Assembly (NCBI GenBank): GCA_963674695.2
Contig: CAXXGI010000002.1
Coordinates: 32,001-96,000, forward strand
From: a bacterium
Lineage (GTDB): Bacteria > UBA10199 > 2-02-FULL-44-16 > JAAZCA01
Length of the DNA: 64,000 nt
Direction: 5' to 3'
Translations under genes and position numbers: made by a program
Shown: positions 50,879 through 60,818 of the stretch, one piece after another
Numbering within the stretch: the stretch's first letter is position 1
Layout of the letters: every line of letters begins with the position of its first letter
The notes under the pieces: generated by a model
Databases searched by the model: none
The model's input: only the letters and a program-made list of their open reading frames with translations
What the model was told of the DNA's origin: nothing

Positions 50879-52240
50879 ATGGGTACGGTGACCGAAGGTT
50901 CCAGCAGACGACAGTGCATCAAAGAGTTTTCCTCGAGCGATCCGGCGCGCAAGGAATGTATACGCATCGTCAAGGATTGTGCGGCGGTGGAAAAGGCCGG
51001 TGCGAACAAGTTCGTCTTTGAGTCCGATGGCGATGCGGTGAAGACGAAGACGAGTCTGCGCGCCTGCATGAAGTACGCCCCGGATGCCGCAAAGGCGGGA
51101 TATACGCTCCAGGGCGCCAAGGCGCGGCCGAAGCGAAAGGCCGAGCCGTCGAAGCGTCGCGTGCGAAAGAAACAGGACGATGATGCGGACGAGACGCGAG
51201 CGACGCGTCCGTCGCGCAGGAAACGAACGAAGGGCCACCGCAAAGCGGAAACGGGATTGCTCAGGGGGGCCGAGCTCAAGGCGATGATCCAGAAAGGCTC
51301 CGGCAATCAGGGGCAGTTCTATGCGCTCTTTCGGGCCAATGACAAGACATCGATCGTTGTGCAGTTCGATATGGAGGATGTGGAGGAGGGGAGCGTCGAG
51401 CTGAAGGGTTCGGCCTTTCGCTATGAGGGCGGCGACGATCTGGCCGAGTTGGGAACGCTTTCGAAGGCAGATCGGCGTGAGGCAAAAAAAATCATTACAA
51501 CCTACATTCAATCGAACGCGGTGGACGTGGCTCAGGACCTCACGCAGATCATGCGCAACCTGATGAATGTCATCTCCGGAAAACCGAACGATTCGAGCGT
51601 GGAGTTCTCGGTGCGCTGTAGCGCGCGCGACGATTTTCAGTCGGTCGAGGAGTCGGCCGAGACTTATCTCGATCCGAAGCGCTGTTCCCACATGGAGATG
51701 CGCATCGAGTCGGATGACTTCGCCGTCATCGAGGATCTGCGCCTGGGCTGGAGAATCGCGGAAAAGGGGAAGCATGTGGAACTCCTCGATGCGCTCGGCA
51801 TTGAAAACGATCCAAAGCGGTGCGACAGCACTATGCGTGTCGCCGGTGTGGATACGATCGGGATCGACAACTACAAGATTTCGGCAAAGACCAGCGATGA
51901 CGATGAGGAGGGGGTTGCCCCCGCTCGTCGCAAACGCTCAAAGCGAAAGAGGAAGCGTTCTTCAGGTTCTTCGTCGGAGACAAAGACGTTTGCGCAGAAT
52001 GGGCATGAGTACAAGATGGAGAAGCGCAACGGTGTGACCCGCCTCTGGATCGACGGCGAGCGGATCAAGAAATCCGATCCACGCTATAAAAAGACACTCA
52101 AGCGCATCAAAGAGGATGCCGAACGGATCGAGGAGAATCTCGGTCAGGTGCGTGAAGAATTCGATGGCGCCATGGAGCAGATGAAGGATGCGGCGAAACG
52201 GCTTGAGCGTCGATCGAAAGACCTCTGGGACGACGAATGA
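50879..52240 (+). CDS. Hypothetical protein, paralog of 59439..60812
   Basis: GAGGAGG RBS; aligns end to end with the second copy (RRQCIKE..SSDP, CMKYAPDAAKAGYTLQGAK, VEFSVRCSARDDF, GVTRLWIDGERIKKSDPRY). Confidence 0.85.
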   Translation: MGTVTEGSSRRQCIKEFSSSDPARKECIRIVKDCAAVEKAGANKFVFESDGDAVKTKTSLRACMKYAPDAAKAGYTLQGAKARPKRKAEPSKRRVRKKQDDDADETRATRPSRRKRTKGHRKAETGLLRGAELKAMIQKGSGNQGQFYALFRANDKTSIVVQFDMEDVEEGSVELKGSAFRYEGGDDLAELGTLSKADRREAKKIITTYIQSNAVDVAQDLTQIMRNLMNVISGKPNDSSVEFSVRCSARDDFQSVEESAETYLDPKRCSHMEMRIESDDFAVIEDLRLGWRIAEKGKHVELLDALGIENDPKRCDSTMRVAGVDTIGIDNYKISAKTSDDDEEGVAPARRKRSKRKRKRSSGSSSETKTFAQNGHEYKMEKRNGVTRLWIDGERIKKSDPRYKKTLKRIKEDAERIEENLGQVREEFDGAMEQMKDAAKRLERRSKDLWDDE

Positions 52241-52290
52241 TTGCGTGTCCTCTTTGACTTCAGGCGGCACATCGTTTACTCTTCACGACA

Positions 52291-52452
52291 ATGGGCGAAA
52301 AGATCCGAAAAGAGGTAGGAATCTCGAAGCCACAGGAGGTGTTGCGTCGCGTCTATGCACTCGCGCAATTTCTCCTTCTGCACAAGTTGGAATCCAAACA
52401 TGAAGAGAACATCAAACCCATTCGAAAGACTGTTGGTCGACCTCGTTCATAG
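52291..52452 (+). CDS. Small hypothetical protein (53 aa) overlapping the nucleotidyltransferase; absent from ORF track
   Basis: Manual translation MGEKIRKEVGISKPQEVLRRVYALAQFLLLHKLESKHEENIKPIRKTVGRPRS. Confidence 0.45.
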   Translation: MGEKIRKEVGISKPQEVLRRVYALAQFLLLHKLESKHEENIKPIRKTVGRPRS

Positions 52453-52852
52453 CGGGGTTCGTTTTATCACGGTGGGGGGGCTGGCGTGTGCCTTTGCTGG
52501 CCATGTGCGCGCCACCGATGATGTCGATATCCTCATCTCTCCTGAACGCGAAAACATCGAAAAACTGATTGCCTTCCTTTCCACGTACGGAGAAGGGTAT
52601 GGCGCTGAGCTCTCGATGGCAGACTTTGGCGACGAAGAGGGGGCCGTTCGTGTGATCGAGGAGTTTCCGATCGATATCTTCGTCGTCATGGGCGGTCATC
52701 ATTACGACGATCTGGAACGATATACCGAACAGTTTGATCTTGGTGAGGTGATGCTTCCAACGCTCAATGCTAAGGGGCTCCTCAAGCTCAAAGAGGGATC
52801 CGTTCGTGAGAAAGATAAGCTCGATGTGCTCGCGCTTCGCGCTTTGATCTGA
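52400..52852 (+). CDS. Nucleotidyltransferase-family protein
   Basis: VGGLACAFAGHVRATDDVDIL (GG..DxD) and LLKLK...REKDKLD pattern. Confidence 0.8.
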   Translation: MKRTSNPFERLLVDLVHSGVRFITVGGLACAFAGHVRATDDVDILISPERENIEKLIAFLSTYGEGYGAELSMADFGDEEGAVRVIEEFPIDIFVVMGGHHYDDLERYTEQFDLGEVMLPTLNAKGLLKLKEGSVREKDKLDVLALRALI

Positions 52853-52874
52853 CCATTGGAGCAAGGGAGGCACC

Positions 52875-54794
52875 CTACCACTCCAACGCCCGCTTGAGAT
52901 CCCACATGTCTCCGTAGGAGAGCGGTGTTTCATCGCCTGTGCTGTATATGACGACCTGTGGAAAGGCCTCGATTCCGTATTCGGACTCATCCCCGTTCGG
53001 CACGATGATGAAACGATCGTTGCCGGGGGCCTTGCGCGCCATTTCATTGAATAGGGGCTTATATTCCTTACATGGCCCGCATTCCGGCATGACATAGAGG
53101 ACGATCAGTCGTTCGCCCGAGGCCAGGTTGCCTCGGGCCTTCTCGATCGCCTTTGCAGAATCGATGCTCTCCACCACTGAGGCGTTCGCCTCCCTCTCCC
53201 GTTCAATCGCCTCTTTCTCCTCCTCCACATAGAGGTGTACCTTCGCTTCATATGCATCTACCTCCCGATCTCGCCCCTGATGACGCAGGCTTGAAAGCGA
53301 TATGGAGTTGAACGTCAATCGCAGATGTCTGTTCCCGATAGGCGCGTCATCCTGAAGATCCGCGAGGGCAGATTCGGAGAGATCAAACGCCTCGCGGTAC
53401 ATGGCGACACGATGGAGCCCCAATGCAAGTAAGGCAATTTGTTTATGCGCGAAACTGTTTGGATGTTTTTGAACGGATTCGACTATTTCGAGGAGCGTCT
53501 CTTTGTCTCCCACGCTCGGTGCCAATGTGATCAGCGAACGCAATTGATCGTGTGGGATTTTGTCTCCGATCTTCTTCCAGATGTAGACCAGGTTGAGGTA
53601 GTGAAGACGCTTGAGGTGTGGATCGTCCCGCTTCCACCGGAAGACAACGCCAGCATGCGCAGGCATCACCAGACCCTCGAGTCTGGTGCGGTCGTCGACA
53701 TACGGTTCGATGAGCTCCCCATCCTCAAAGAGTGCTCCGGTATTTACGGTGCCACGCATATTCACGCCGGTCGTTGCCAAAAATGCCATAGCCGTGGCCT
53801 GATCCATGGGGCGCGCATCTTTCTGCGCAGAGGGGACTGTCGTGAGGTTTGGATCGCTCGGGTCGATCTCGATCGGGCGATAGACCTTCTCGACATCGTT
53901 CAACTGCGGAGGCACCAGTAGCCGTATGCTGCCGTTTTCGTGAGCGGTGTAGTGAACAGCCATCCCTGCAGAGGTGAGCATGTGTCCCCACAATGCCGCC
54001 ATGGCATTGTGATCGCCGTGTCCATGGATGAGAAGATTGCCCAGCCCATTGAAGGCGATGAGCGGAACGTGCACACCGCAGCTGTACACATCCTTCAGAA
54101 AAAATTCGTTTGTCTCCGTTATGGTGCGCATTGCGGGATCGGTGCTCCAGGATGGGCCGCGAAAACGCTGTACGATCTTCTTGAGTTCGTTGTTCCCGCT
54201 CCCTCTGCGGCGCAATCGCTTGATCTTCTTCAGATATTGATCGTTTAATTCGCCGAGGGCGATCGCCGCCTGCTGAAAGAAGGTCGCCATGTCGGGTCTG
54301 TTCGGCTCGACCTTTATGCGTACGGGATCCTTTTTGAAGAAGTCATTCAGAGCTGCACCGAGTCCCTGTTTTTTGCTCTCCTTGCGCACATCGATCGGCC
54401 GAACGAAGGTCACCATCGGATCGATCTCGGTGTCGGCAAATGCTGCCTGGATCGCCAACAAGAGGTACCCCACATCTTTGTGGTGGATGGCGAAGCGATA
54501 GAGCCCCTCCAGCTTGGCGAGCGAGGTGACCTCGCCGATATATTCTCGATAGATGAAATAGCGCTTTACCTGAAAGGGAATGTCACGGTTCCGGATTTTC
54601 TGCACCCGTTCCCACAGCGCCTGGCTGATTGGAAATGGCGTCGCGCTCTTAGGCGCAGGCGGTGATTTGAATCCCTTCCGATCCTCTCCATCTATTTGTT
54701 TTGGTTGTTTTTCACCCGAGGCCACATCGGGATCCTGTTGCCCCATGGTCATCGTCTGTATCGTCTGCGCTATCGACGTTATAGGTATCGTCAT
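52875..54794 (-). CDS. Multidomain hypothetical protein: degenerate transglutaminase-like region, helical region, C-terminal thioredoxin
   Basis: YVMPECGPCKEYKPLF...YGIEAFP thioredoxin motif; LIHGHGDHNAMAALWGHMLTSAG...IEIDPS; ATGA overlap with upstream gene. Confidence 0.75.
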   Translation of the reverse strand: MTIPITSIAQTIQTMTMGQQDPDVASGEKQPKQIDGEDRKGFKSPPAPKSATPFPISQALWERVQKIRNRDIPFQVKRYFIYREYIGEVTSLAKLEGLYRFAIHHKDVGYLLLAIQAAFADTEIDPMVTFVRPIDVRKESKKQGLGAALNDFFKKDPVRIKVEPNRPDMATFFQQAAIALGELNDQYLKKIKRLRRRGSGNNELKKIVQRFRGPSWSTDPAMRTITETNEFFLKDVYSCGVHVPLIAFNGLGNLLIHGHGDHNAMAALWGHMLTSAGMAVHYTAHENGSIRLLVPPQLNDVEKVYRPIEIDPSDPNLTTVPSAQKDARPMDQATAMAFLATTGVNMRGTVNTGALFEDGELIEPYVDDRTRLEGLVMPAHAGVVFRWKRDDPHLKRLHYLNLVYIWKKIGDKIPHDQLRSLITLAPSVGDKETLLEIVESVQKHPNSFAHKQIALLALGLHRVAMYREAFDLSESALADLQDDAPIGNRHLRLTFNSISLSSLRHQGRDREVDAYEAKVHLYVEEEKEAIEREREANASVVESIDSAKAIEKARGNLASGERLIVLYVMPECGPCKEYKPLFNEMARKAPGNDRFIIVPNGDESEYGIEAFPQVVIYSTGDETPLSYGDMWDLKRALEW

Positions 54795-57574
54795 CCTCCC
54801 ACCCCCTTCGAGCCCTCTCCCTTTCGTACCTCCATCTCTACCTCATCGTGTCCCGAGCCAGTGATCCTGACAGAGGGAGCGATCTTCAGCGTGCGATCAC
54901 CTATCTCGACCGTGAGATTGGCCACCTCGAAATCTCCGCTGAAGACATCTTTGGGCGTGTCGTATTCGACCCAGTAGGTGAAAACGTTTCCCGAACGCGT
55001 CCTGCCGGTGAATGTGTCGGATGGCCGGAGATTGCGAAGGGCGTATCGCGTGGTGGAGCTTCGATCCTGCAAGAGGAGCATCTCTGGAAATGAAATGTGA
55101 TCATACTGTTTTGCAAAGGACTCCAATCGCCGCGGATCCGTTGCATCGGCGACGACGCGCACCTCAAAGCGCAGTGCATCGCCGGCAGATACCACATTGG
55201 AGACGATCCCTCCCTTCGCGGCGAGCACATCGGCTGGCCCGATGAGATCGCCGCGCGTATAGCCGACGATGTTGCCTTCCTTCGGGTTCGTATCCTCGCG
55301 TCCAGGGGGAACATCGTCACGGCGCCCTGAGGTGCAGCGCTCTCGGCTGGCAATACGATCGCTAGGGTTGGGGATGAACTGTCTCAGGCCCTGAAAGACA
55401 GCTTCGCCGGAGACGGTGACGAGCTGTTCTCCACGATAGGCGAGGTCCTGACGATAGCAGCCGCGAACGACCGGAAAATCGTCGGAATCAATATCATAGA
55501 CCCCCTTGGGCAATGCATCGGTAATTCCGAGGATGCATATGCGTCCACCCTCCTCGATCGATTGCGTCGGATGCAGCGTCCTGAGGTTCTCGGTGATCGA
55601 GTCGTTGGCACCCAGCCCGTAACGGCGTGTGAGCGTCAGGGGCGTGGAGCTGGGGCAGGTGAAGATCTCCTCGTCCTTCGGATCGGCGCACATCCAACGG
55701 TATGCCGCCAGGAGGGGTTGATCGGGTTGTTTTCTCCCGGCAACATTGAATCCGGCATTGTATTCCACAAAGGGGGTGATGATTTCGAGATCCTGCCTGC
55801 AGGTCCTGCCTGCCCCCGAAAGACGATAGCTGAGATCGTCGAACGATCGCCGAAAGGTGAAGCCACCGGCGGAGACGGTCATCACCTGCTGGTCGCCCTG
55901 AATGCGGTAGGTGCCATCCGTGAAGGAGGCCATCGGGGGCATCGACCAACGATAGACCTCGGTCCCCTCTTCTCGCTTCTCTCGTGTTGTCGAGAGGGCG
56001 CATTGGCGTGTCAGCCCTCCCTCGGGACCATAGATCTTGTCGCCGATTCCCCACACCAGCGAAGCATCGTGTTTGCCCGGATGAAGCGTTGCGCCGAAGA
56101 CGATCGGTTCGTCGTTCGAAAAGGCATCTTTTTGCACGCCATAGTCGGTGACCTTGATCGGATCGTCCCCCTCGACCGCGACGTCCACCTTGAATGGGAA
56201 ATGACTTACCGTCACCATCTCCTCGATTTCGATGAAGATATTGCTTCGGATTCCGTTGAAGTGGCAGCTGCCGGGTTGGACCATGCCGCTGTCCGGGAGT
56301 TCGATATCCATGCGATGTGTTCCCGGGGAGATGTTCTCCAGGGAGCCATGCGGAAAGCACATTTCGTATGTTTGGGGTACGCCGTCGAAGACCTCCACGT
56401 TGCACATATAACAGGCCCCGACCGTGTCGATATTTTGATCGGTCAGTCGTGGGTTGGACCGAGCATCTCCACCACGGAAGTAGAGATAGACGGAGATGTT
56501 ATCTCCCGGCACGACCTTCGGTTTTTCCATATCTCTGCCGTTGATCACATAGGCCAACTCCACGCTATCAGCGTTCATACGCTGGACAAAGCCCGCCTCG
56601 TTCGGGACGAGCGTGATCACCCTGTGCCCCCAGCTCACCCCGTCGAAGGCGGAGAGTTTGAGCCGCATCGGATAGGGAAAGTTGCGCGGGACGAGGAAGC
56701 GCGTCTTGGCGCTGCGAGGATCTTCGAATATGGCATCCTGAGGTCCGTCGATGACATTCCAGAAATACTCCGTCGGCACTTGTTGGCGATGAAAGATGGT
56801 TTTCTTCTTTGTGGGAAAATCCGTATCGTACGAAATGTTACCATCCAGCTCCGTCCATGTTCCCCGAACGACTTCCTGTTCATAGACGACATCGACGATC
56901 GGCGGACGGTTATTTCCCTTGTGAGCACGATAGACGCCTACCCCAGTTGGATTTGCGCAGGCCAGGAGCATATCGCGCTGTCGTTCGAGATAATCCCGCG
57001 GCGCATCTCCCACCAGAGAAAAACCATCCATCTTTCCGCTGGCCATGAGCATGTGCTCGCGCAGGGTGCAGACGCGATCCTCGCCAACCATCGTCAGGAG
57101 AAAGGTGGTTGCGATCATATTGCTGAGCACGTCGTTTGTCAGATGGTGCTTCTGATGCCTGAGGATGGCATTCAGCTTTGCATGGATTTCATCTTTATAA
57201 ACCTTTCCCAACCGTTCCTGAAAAGAGGGGATGTTTTCGGGCGTCAGAGCGAAGCGATTGATGAGCTGGGCGACATAGGCGAGATATTTTTCATTGGCTC
57301 CACGATGATCGCCGCTGCGCGTCAGGTCGTTTCCTGCATTGTACAGAAGTTCGATCTCGGCAAGAATTCTGCTCACGACGAGTTCGAAATTGTCATGCGC
57401 TTCCACGTCAGCCCCGCCGATGATGGTGCGCATTTCCTCGGGCAGGTTGTATTCGAGCGCCTCCTTTCGTTCCACGATCGGCTTCTTCCCATAATAGTTT
57501 GGGTCGGAATCCGACAAGGCAACGGTTCGGCGGCCCGGAATCAAGAGCCGTATTTCATCACCACCCGACATCAT
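54791..57574 (-). CDS. Large hypothetical protein with PKD/Ig-like domain(s)
   Basis: NRPPIV...ELDGNISYD...YFWNVIDGP...LKLSAFDG PKD-like pattern; beta-rich, Cys-containing; coupled to both neighbours. Confidence 0.72.
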   Translation of the reverse strand: MMSGGDEIRLLIPGRRTVALSDSDPNYYGKKPIVERKEALEYNLPEEMRTIIGGADVEAHDNFELVVSRILAEIELLYNAGNDLTRSGDHRGANEKYLAYVAQLINRFALTPENIPSFQERLGKVYKDEIHAKLNAILRHQKHHLTNDVLSNMIATTFLLTMVGEDRVCTLREHMLMASGKMDGFSLVGDAPRDYLERQRDMLLACANPTGVGVYRAHKGNNRPPIVDVVYEQEVVRGTWTELDGNISYDTDFPTKKKTIFHRQQVPTEYFWNVIDGPQDAIFEDPRSAKTRFLVPRNFPYPMRLKLSAFDGVSWGHRVITLVPNEAGFVQRMNADSVELAYVINGRDMEKPKVVPGDNISVYLYFRGGDARSNPRLTDQNIDTVGACYMCNVEVFDGVPQTYEMCFPHGSLENISPGTHRMDIELPDSGMVQPGSCHFNGIRSNIFIEIEEMVTVSHFPFKVDVAVEGDDPIKVTDYGVQKDAFSNDEPIVFGATLHPGKHDASLVWGIGDKIYGPEGGLTRQCALSTTREKREEGTEVYRWSMPPMASFTDGTYRIQGDQQVMTVSAGGFTFRRSFDDLSYRLSGAGRTCRQDLEIITPFVEYNAGFNVAGRKQPDQPLLAAYRWMCADPKDEEIFTCPSSTPLTLTRRYGLGANDSITENLRTLHPTQSIEEGGRICILGITDALPKGVYDIDSDDFPVVRGCYRQDLAYRGEQLVTVSGEAVFQGLRQFIPNPSDRIASRERCTSGRRDDVPPGREDTNPKEGNIVGYTRGDLIGPADVLAAKGGIVSNVVSAGDALRFEVRVVADATDPRRLESFAKQYDHISFPEMLLLQDRSSTTRYALRNLRPSDTFTGRTRSGNVFTYWVEYDTPKDVFSGDFEVANLTVEIGDRTLKIAPSVRITGSGHDEVEMEVRKGEGSKGVGG

Positions 57575-59220
57575 CTCCTCCCTCCGGTTGTTGCCGTTTT
57601 CCCCGATGACATCGTTCGCAATAGACGCAGCGCATTTGCCGCACCCCAGTGTTTTGCTGAAAGTGTTTCAAGCCGTTCCACCTGTTTCATCCGGAAGAGC
57701 GGTCGCGTTTGGTGCTGCGTTGCTAGGAGCGCGACGTGTGCAAAGAGCTTTGGCTGTTTCTCGGCCCGATCTATGAGGGCATTCAGAAGAGCCGTCGTCA
57801 AAATCCCCGTTCTTCGTTCGATAATCGATGCGAGATGTTTCACACCATCCTTTTGAGCCAGAATCTCATCCAGAATCTTCCCGGCTCCGCTCTGAGCAAG
57901 CCGACGAGGATCGAATGGCGTCCTCTCATACTGCCACGGGCCCATCACGCGCATCGTCGGGTCGCCGAGATAGATCACCATGGAATAGCTACTCGCATAG
58001 GAGTTGCCGCCGACGGTTCCATAGATGAATGTTCGTTGGGCCCGAAGAAAATGTTTGCCGGTTGATTCGTTTGGATTGAGAAGGACGTTCTTCAGGTAAT
58101 CGCGATACATCCTATATCCCTGGTCCCAGTTGATATTCGTCGTGCCGATGAAGGCCACGGCTCCTCGCTCACTCCGAACCAGAAGATCTTCAGCGATGCC
58201 GTCGGCGTCGAGCGGCTGAATCGCAGCCGGGCGCGATTCGACGCGGCCGTCGCTGTCGACGATCCCTTTCACGGAGCCCTCGCCGAACTGTATGCCATCG
58301 ATGATCTTGGCGACCGGTGCCACGCCGGCGGCCGTGCATCCCCCGGCGACGATGATCGGGAGCGTCCCGCGCGTATCCACATTACCGCTCCAGAGGATCC
58401 ACCCGAGCGCAGCGCGGTTAGCATGCCCATGTTGCGCCAGAAAGAGCGCCCCATTGTCCATGAGCCGATCGATCGTTTGATCCGTTCCCGGGTCGCCTGA
58501 ATAAAAGGTCGTGATGTCGGTGCCCGCGTCTGTATACCCCTTATACCCCCTCGGCACCAATTGGTGTGTCCTCAGATTGCCGCCTTTGAAGATGTGATCG
58601 AGCTTGCTCGGTGCGTCTCCATGATCGTTGTGATCGCGATCGCTCAGGACGATGACCGCGCGATCGGAGGAGATGGGTCGCGGCAGCTGCTCATCCGCGG
58701 ACTCATAATCGATGACCTTCGAGAGATAGGTGTTGAACTCCCCGCGATTCGATGCCGGCACGCGGCCGATCGCCACATCGAGACGCCCTTCCCTCCCCTG
58801 GTAGTAGGCATCCGAAGCGAGATGCCCCGCCTTCGCGTGCCCGGCGGACAGGAAATTGTTCCAGCGATAGGAGTGCATCGGCAGCACATCGACGTCGCCT
58901 CCGAGGAGGATATATGATGTCTTGTGCTCATCGACGAAGCGATCGATAAAACGTTTGAGAGAGGCCGCTTCATCCTCAGGGCATGCGCTTTCCGCGCTTT
59001 CTCGATAACATTCATCGAGCGTTGCGACCGAGACGGAGTAGCCGTGTGCGCGCTTATGCTGAACAAAGCGTGCAAGCGTTCTGCTCTCGGCAAACCCGAC
59101 GGGCGTAACGATGAGCAGGTCGATGCGCTCATTCGCAAGGGGCGTGCGACGCCATGAAATCGAGGGCGTCGATGCGGACGAGGTGATATCGTGAAAACAC
59201 GCCTTTGTTCCTTCGGACAT
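57571..59220 (-). CDS. Peptidase C25 (gingipain-like) cysteine protease, no signal peptide
   Basis: LLIVTP, YILLGGD, SDAYY, AIGRVPA, KVIDYE, HGH (catalytic His), GGCTA (catalytic Cys), GAVAFIG, YLGDP. Confidence 0.85.
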   Translation of the reverse strand: MSEGTKACFHDITSSASTPSISWRRTPLANERIDLLIVTPVGFAESRTLARFVQHKRAHGYSVSVATLDECYRESAESACPEDEAASLKRFIDRFVDEHKTSYILLGGDVDVLPMHSYRWNNFLSAGHAKAGHLASDAYYQGREGRLDVAIGRVPASNRGEFNTYLSKVIDYESADEQLPRPISSDRAVIVLSDRDHNDHGDAPSKLDHIFKGGNLRTHQLVPRGYKGYTDAGTDITTFYSGDPGTDQTIDRLMDNGALFLAQHGHANRAALGWILWSGNVDTRGTLPIIVAGGCTAAGVAPVAKIIDGIQFGEGSVKGIVDSDGRVESRPAAIQPLDADGIAEDLLVRSERGAVAFIGTTNINWDQGYRMYRDYLKNVLLNPNESTGKHFLRAQRTFIYGTVGGNSYASSYSMVIYLGDPTMRVMGPWQYERTPFDPRRLAQSGAGKILDEILAQKDGVKHLASIIERRTGILTTALLNALIDRAEKQPKLFAHVALLATQHQTRPLFRMKQVERLETLSAKHWGAANALRLLRTMSSGKTATTGGRR

Positions 59221-59238
59221 ACATTCCTCCCATAAACG

Positions 59239-59266
59239 ATTATCGGTGGGGGGAGGGAAAAGTTTC
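59239..59266 (-). promoter_or_regulatory. Putative alternative-sigma promoter (AAACTT-N14-CGAT variant)
   Basis: GAAACTTTTCCCTCCCCCCACCGATAAT, about 20 nt before ATG 59220. Confidence 0.55.
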
Positions 59267-59369
59267 GCTCATTTGTGCACTGATATCGGCAAGTTCTAAA
59301 TGATATGCGATTTGAGGTTGTCGTTGAGGGAACCGACAGATCTATGGGGCAGCAAAGTAGGCCTGCGTC

Positions 59370-59396
59370 GCAACTTTTCATTGAAGCTGCCGATAC
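59370..59396 (+). promoter_or_regulatory. Putative alternative-sigma promoter (CAACTT-N14-CGAT motif)
   Basis: GCAACTTTTCATTGAAGCTGCCGATAC. Confidence 0.6.
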
Positions 59397-59438
59397 TCTT
59401 TCTATAAGGGAGTGCATTCAATCGAGAGGAGCAGCGTT

Positions 59439-60812
59439 ATGGGCAAGCCAACGGTCGGGTTTGGCAGGCGACAGTGCATCAAAGAGATTCCCTCGAGCGA
59501 TCCGGCACGCCAGGCGTGCTTTGGCATCGTCAAGGACTGTACCGCGGCCGAAGGGGATGGCGCGAGCACATTCGTCTTCGAGTTGGGTGGTGAGGCAAAG
59601 GCGACCAAGGGCAGTCTGCGCGAATGCATGAAATATGCCCCCGATGCGGCCAAGGCTGGATACACCCTCCAGGGGGCGAAGGCGCGGCCGAAACCAAAGG
59701 CCGGGCCATCGAAACAACGCGCGCGAAAAAGCCAGGACGATGAGGTCGAGGAGAAACGATCGCCGCGTCCGTCGCGCGCGAAGCGAAGGAAAAATCATGC
59801 CACCGCCGAGACCGGATTGCTCGAAGGGGCCAAGCTCACGGCGATGATTCAGAAGGGGAGCGATGAGCAGAAGCGGTTCTTTGCGATTTTTCAGACCAAG
59901 GGCGATTCGCCGGTCGTCGTCGAGTTCGATGTGGAGGGCACCGATGCAGAGGATGTCATGGTCGAACCGAAGGGAGTCGCGTTTCGGTATGAGGGCGGCG
60001 CTGATGTGACCGAGCTGGGCCGACTGTCCAAGGCCGATCGCAAGAGGGCCGGCAGGATCATCCTGCGCTATATCAAATCGGTCATGATGGATGTCGGCCA
60101 GGACATGACGGAGATGATGCGCAGCCTGATGGGGATCCTCTCGGGTCATCCGGACAATCCGAGCGTGGAGTTCTCCGTGCGCTGCAGTGCACGCGATGAT
60201 TTTCAAACGCTCGACGAGTCGACCACGACCTATCTCGATCCGAAGCGCTGTCGCAACATGGAGATGCGTATCGCATCGGACGACTTCGCCATCGTTGAGG
60301 ATATGCGATTGGGGTGGAAGATTGCAGGGAAGGGAAAATATGCCCAGCTGCTCGACACGCTCGGGATCGGAAACGATCCAAAGCGATGTGACAGCTTTAT
60401 GCGCGTCAAGGGCGTGGATACGGTCGGCATCGATAACTACAACGTTTCGATCGAATCGAGCGATGATGATGAGCCAACGAGACCAAGCCGTCGCAAGCGC
60501 TCCCGGCGCAAGAAGAAGCGCTCCTCAAGCCGGTCATCGAGCACAAAGACGTTCACGCGCAATGGACATCAGATCAAAGCGGAGACGCGCGATGGCGTGA
60601 CTCGCCTCTGGATCGACGGAGAGCGCATCAAGAAATCGGATCCGCGCTATGCCAAGACACTCAAGCGCATCGAACGGGAGAGCGAACGGGTTGATGAAGA
60701 GCTCGATCAGGCTCGGGACGAGCTCGACGGCGCGATGGAGCAGATGGACGAGGCGATGGAGCGGATGGAACGACGGACGAAGGATCTTTGGGATGATGAG
60801 GAGGATGAGTAA
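59439..60812 (+). CDS. Hypothetical protein, paralog of 50879..52240
   Basis: GAGGAG RBS before MGKPTVG; end-to-end similarity with the first copy, including its upstream region. Confidence 0.85.
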   Translation: MGKPTVGFGRRQCIKEIPSSDPARQACFGIVKDCTAAEGDGASTFVFELGGEAKATKGSLRECMKYAPDAAKAGYTLQGAKARPKPKAGPSKQRARKSQDDEVEEKRSPRPSRAKRRKNHATAETGLLEGAKLTAMIQKGSDEQKRFFAIFQTKGDSPVVVEFDVEGTDAEDVMVEPKGVAFRYEGGADVTELGRLSKADRKRAGRIILRYIKSVMMDVGQDMTEMMRSLMGILSGHPDNPSVEFSVRCSARDDFQTLDESTTTYLDPKRCRNMEMRIASDDFAIVEDMRLGWKIAGKGKYAQLLDTLGIGNDPKRCDSFMRVKGVDTVGIDNYNVSIESSDDDEPTRPSRRKRSRRKKKRSSSRSSSTKTFTRNGHQIKAETRDGVTRLWIDGERIKKSDPRYAKTLKRIERESERVDEELDQARDELDGAMEQMDEAMERMERRTKDLWDDEEDE

Positions 60813-60818
60813 ACCTGT

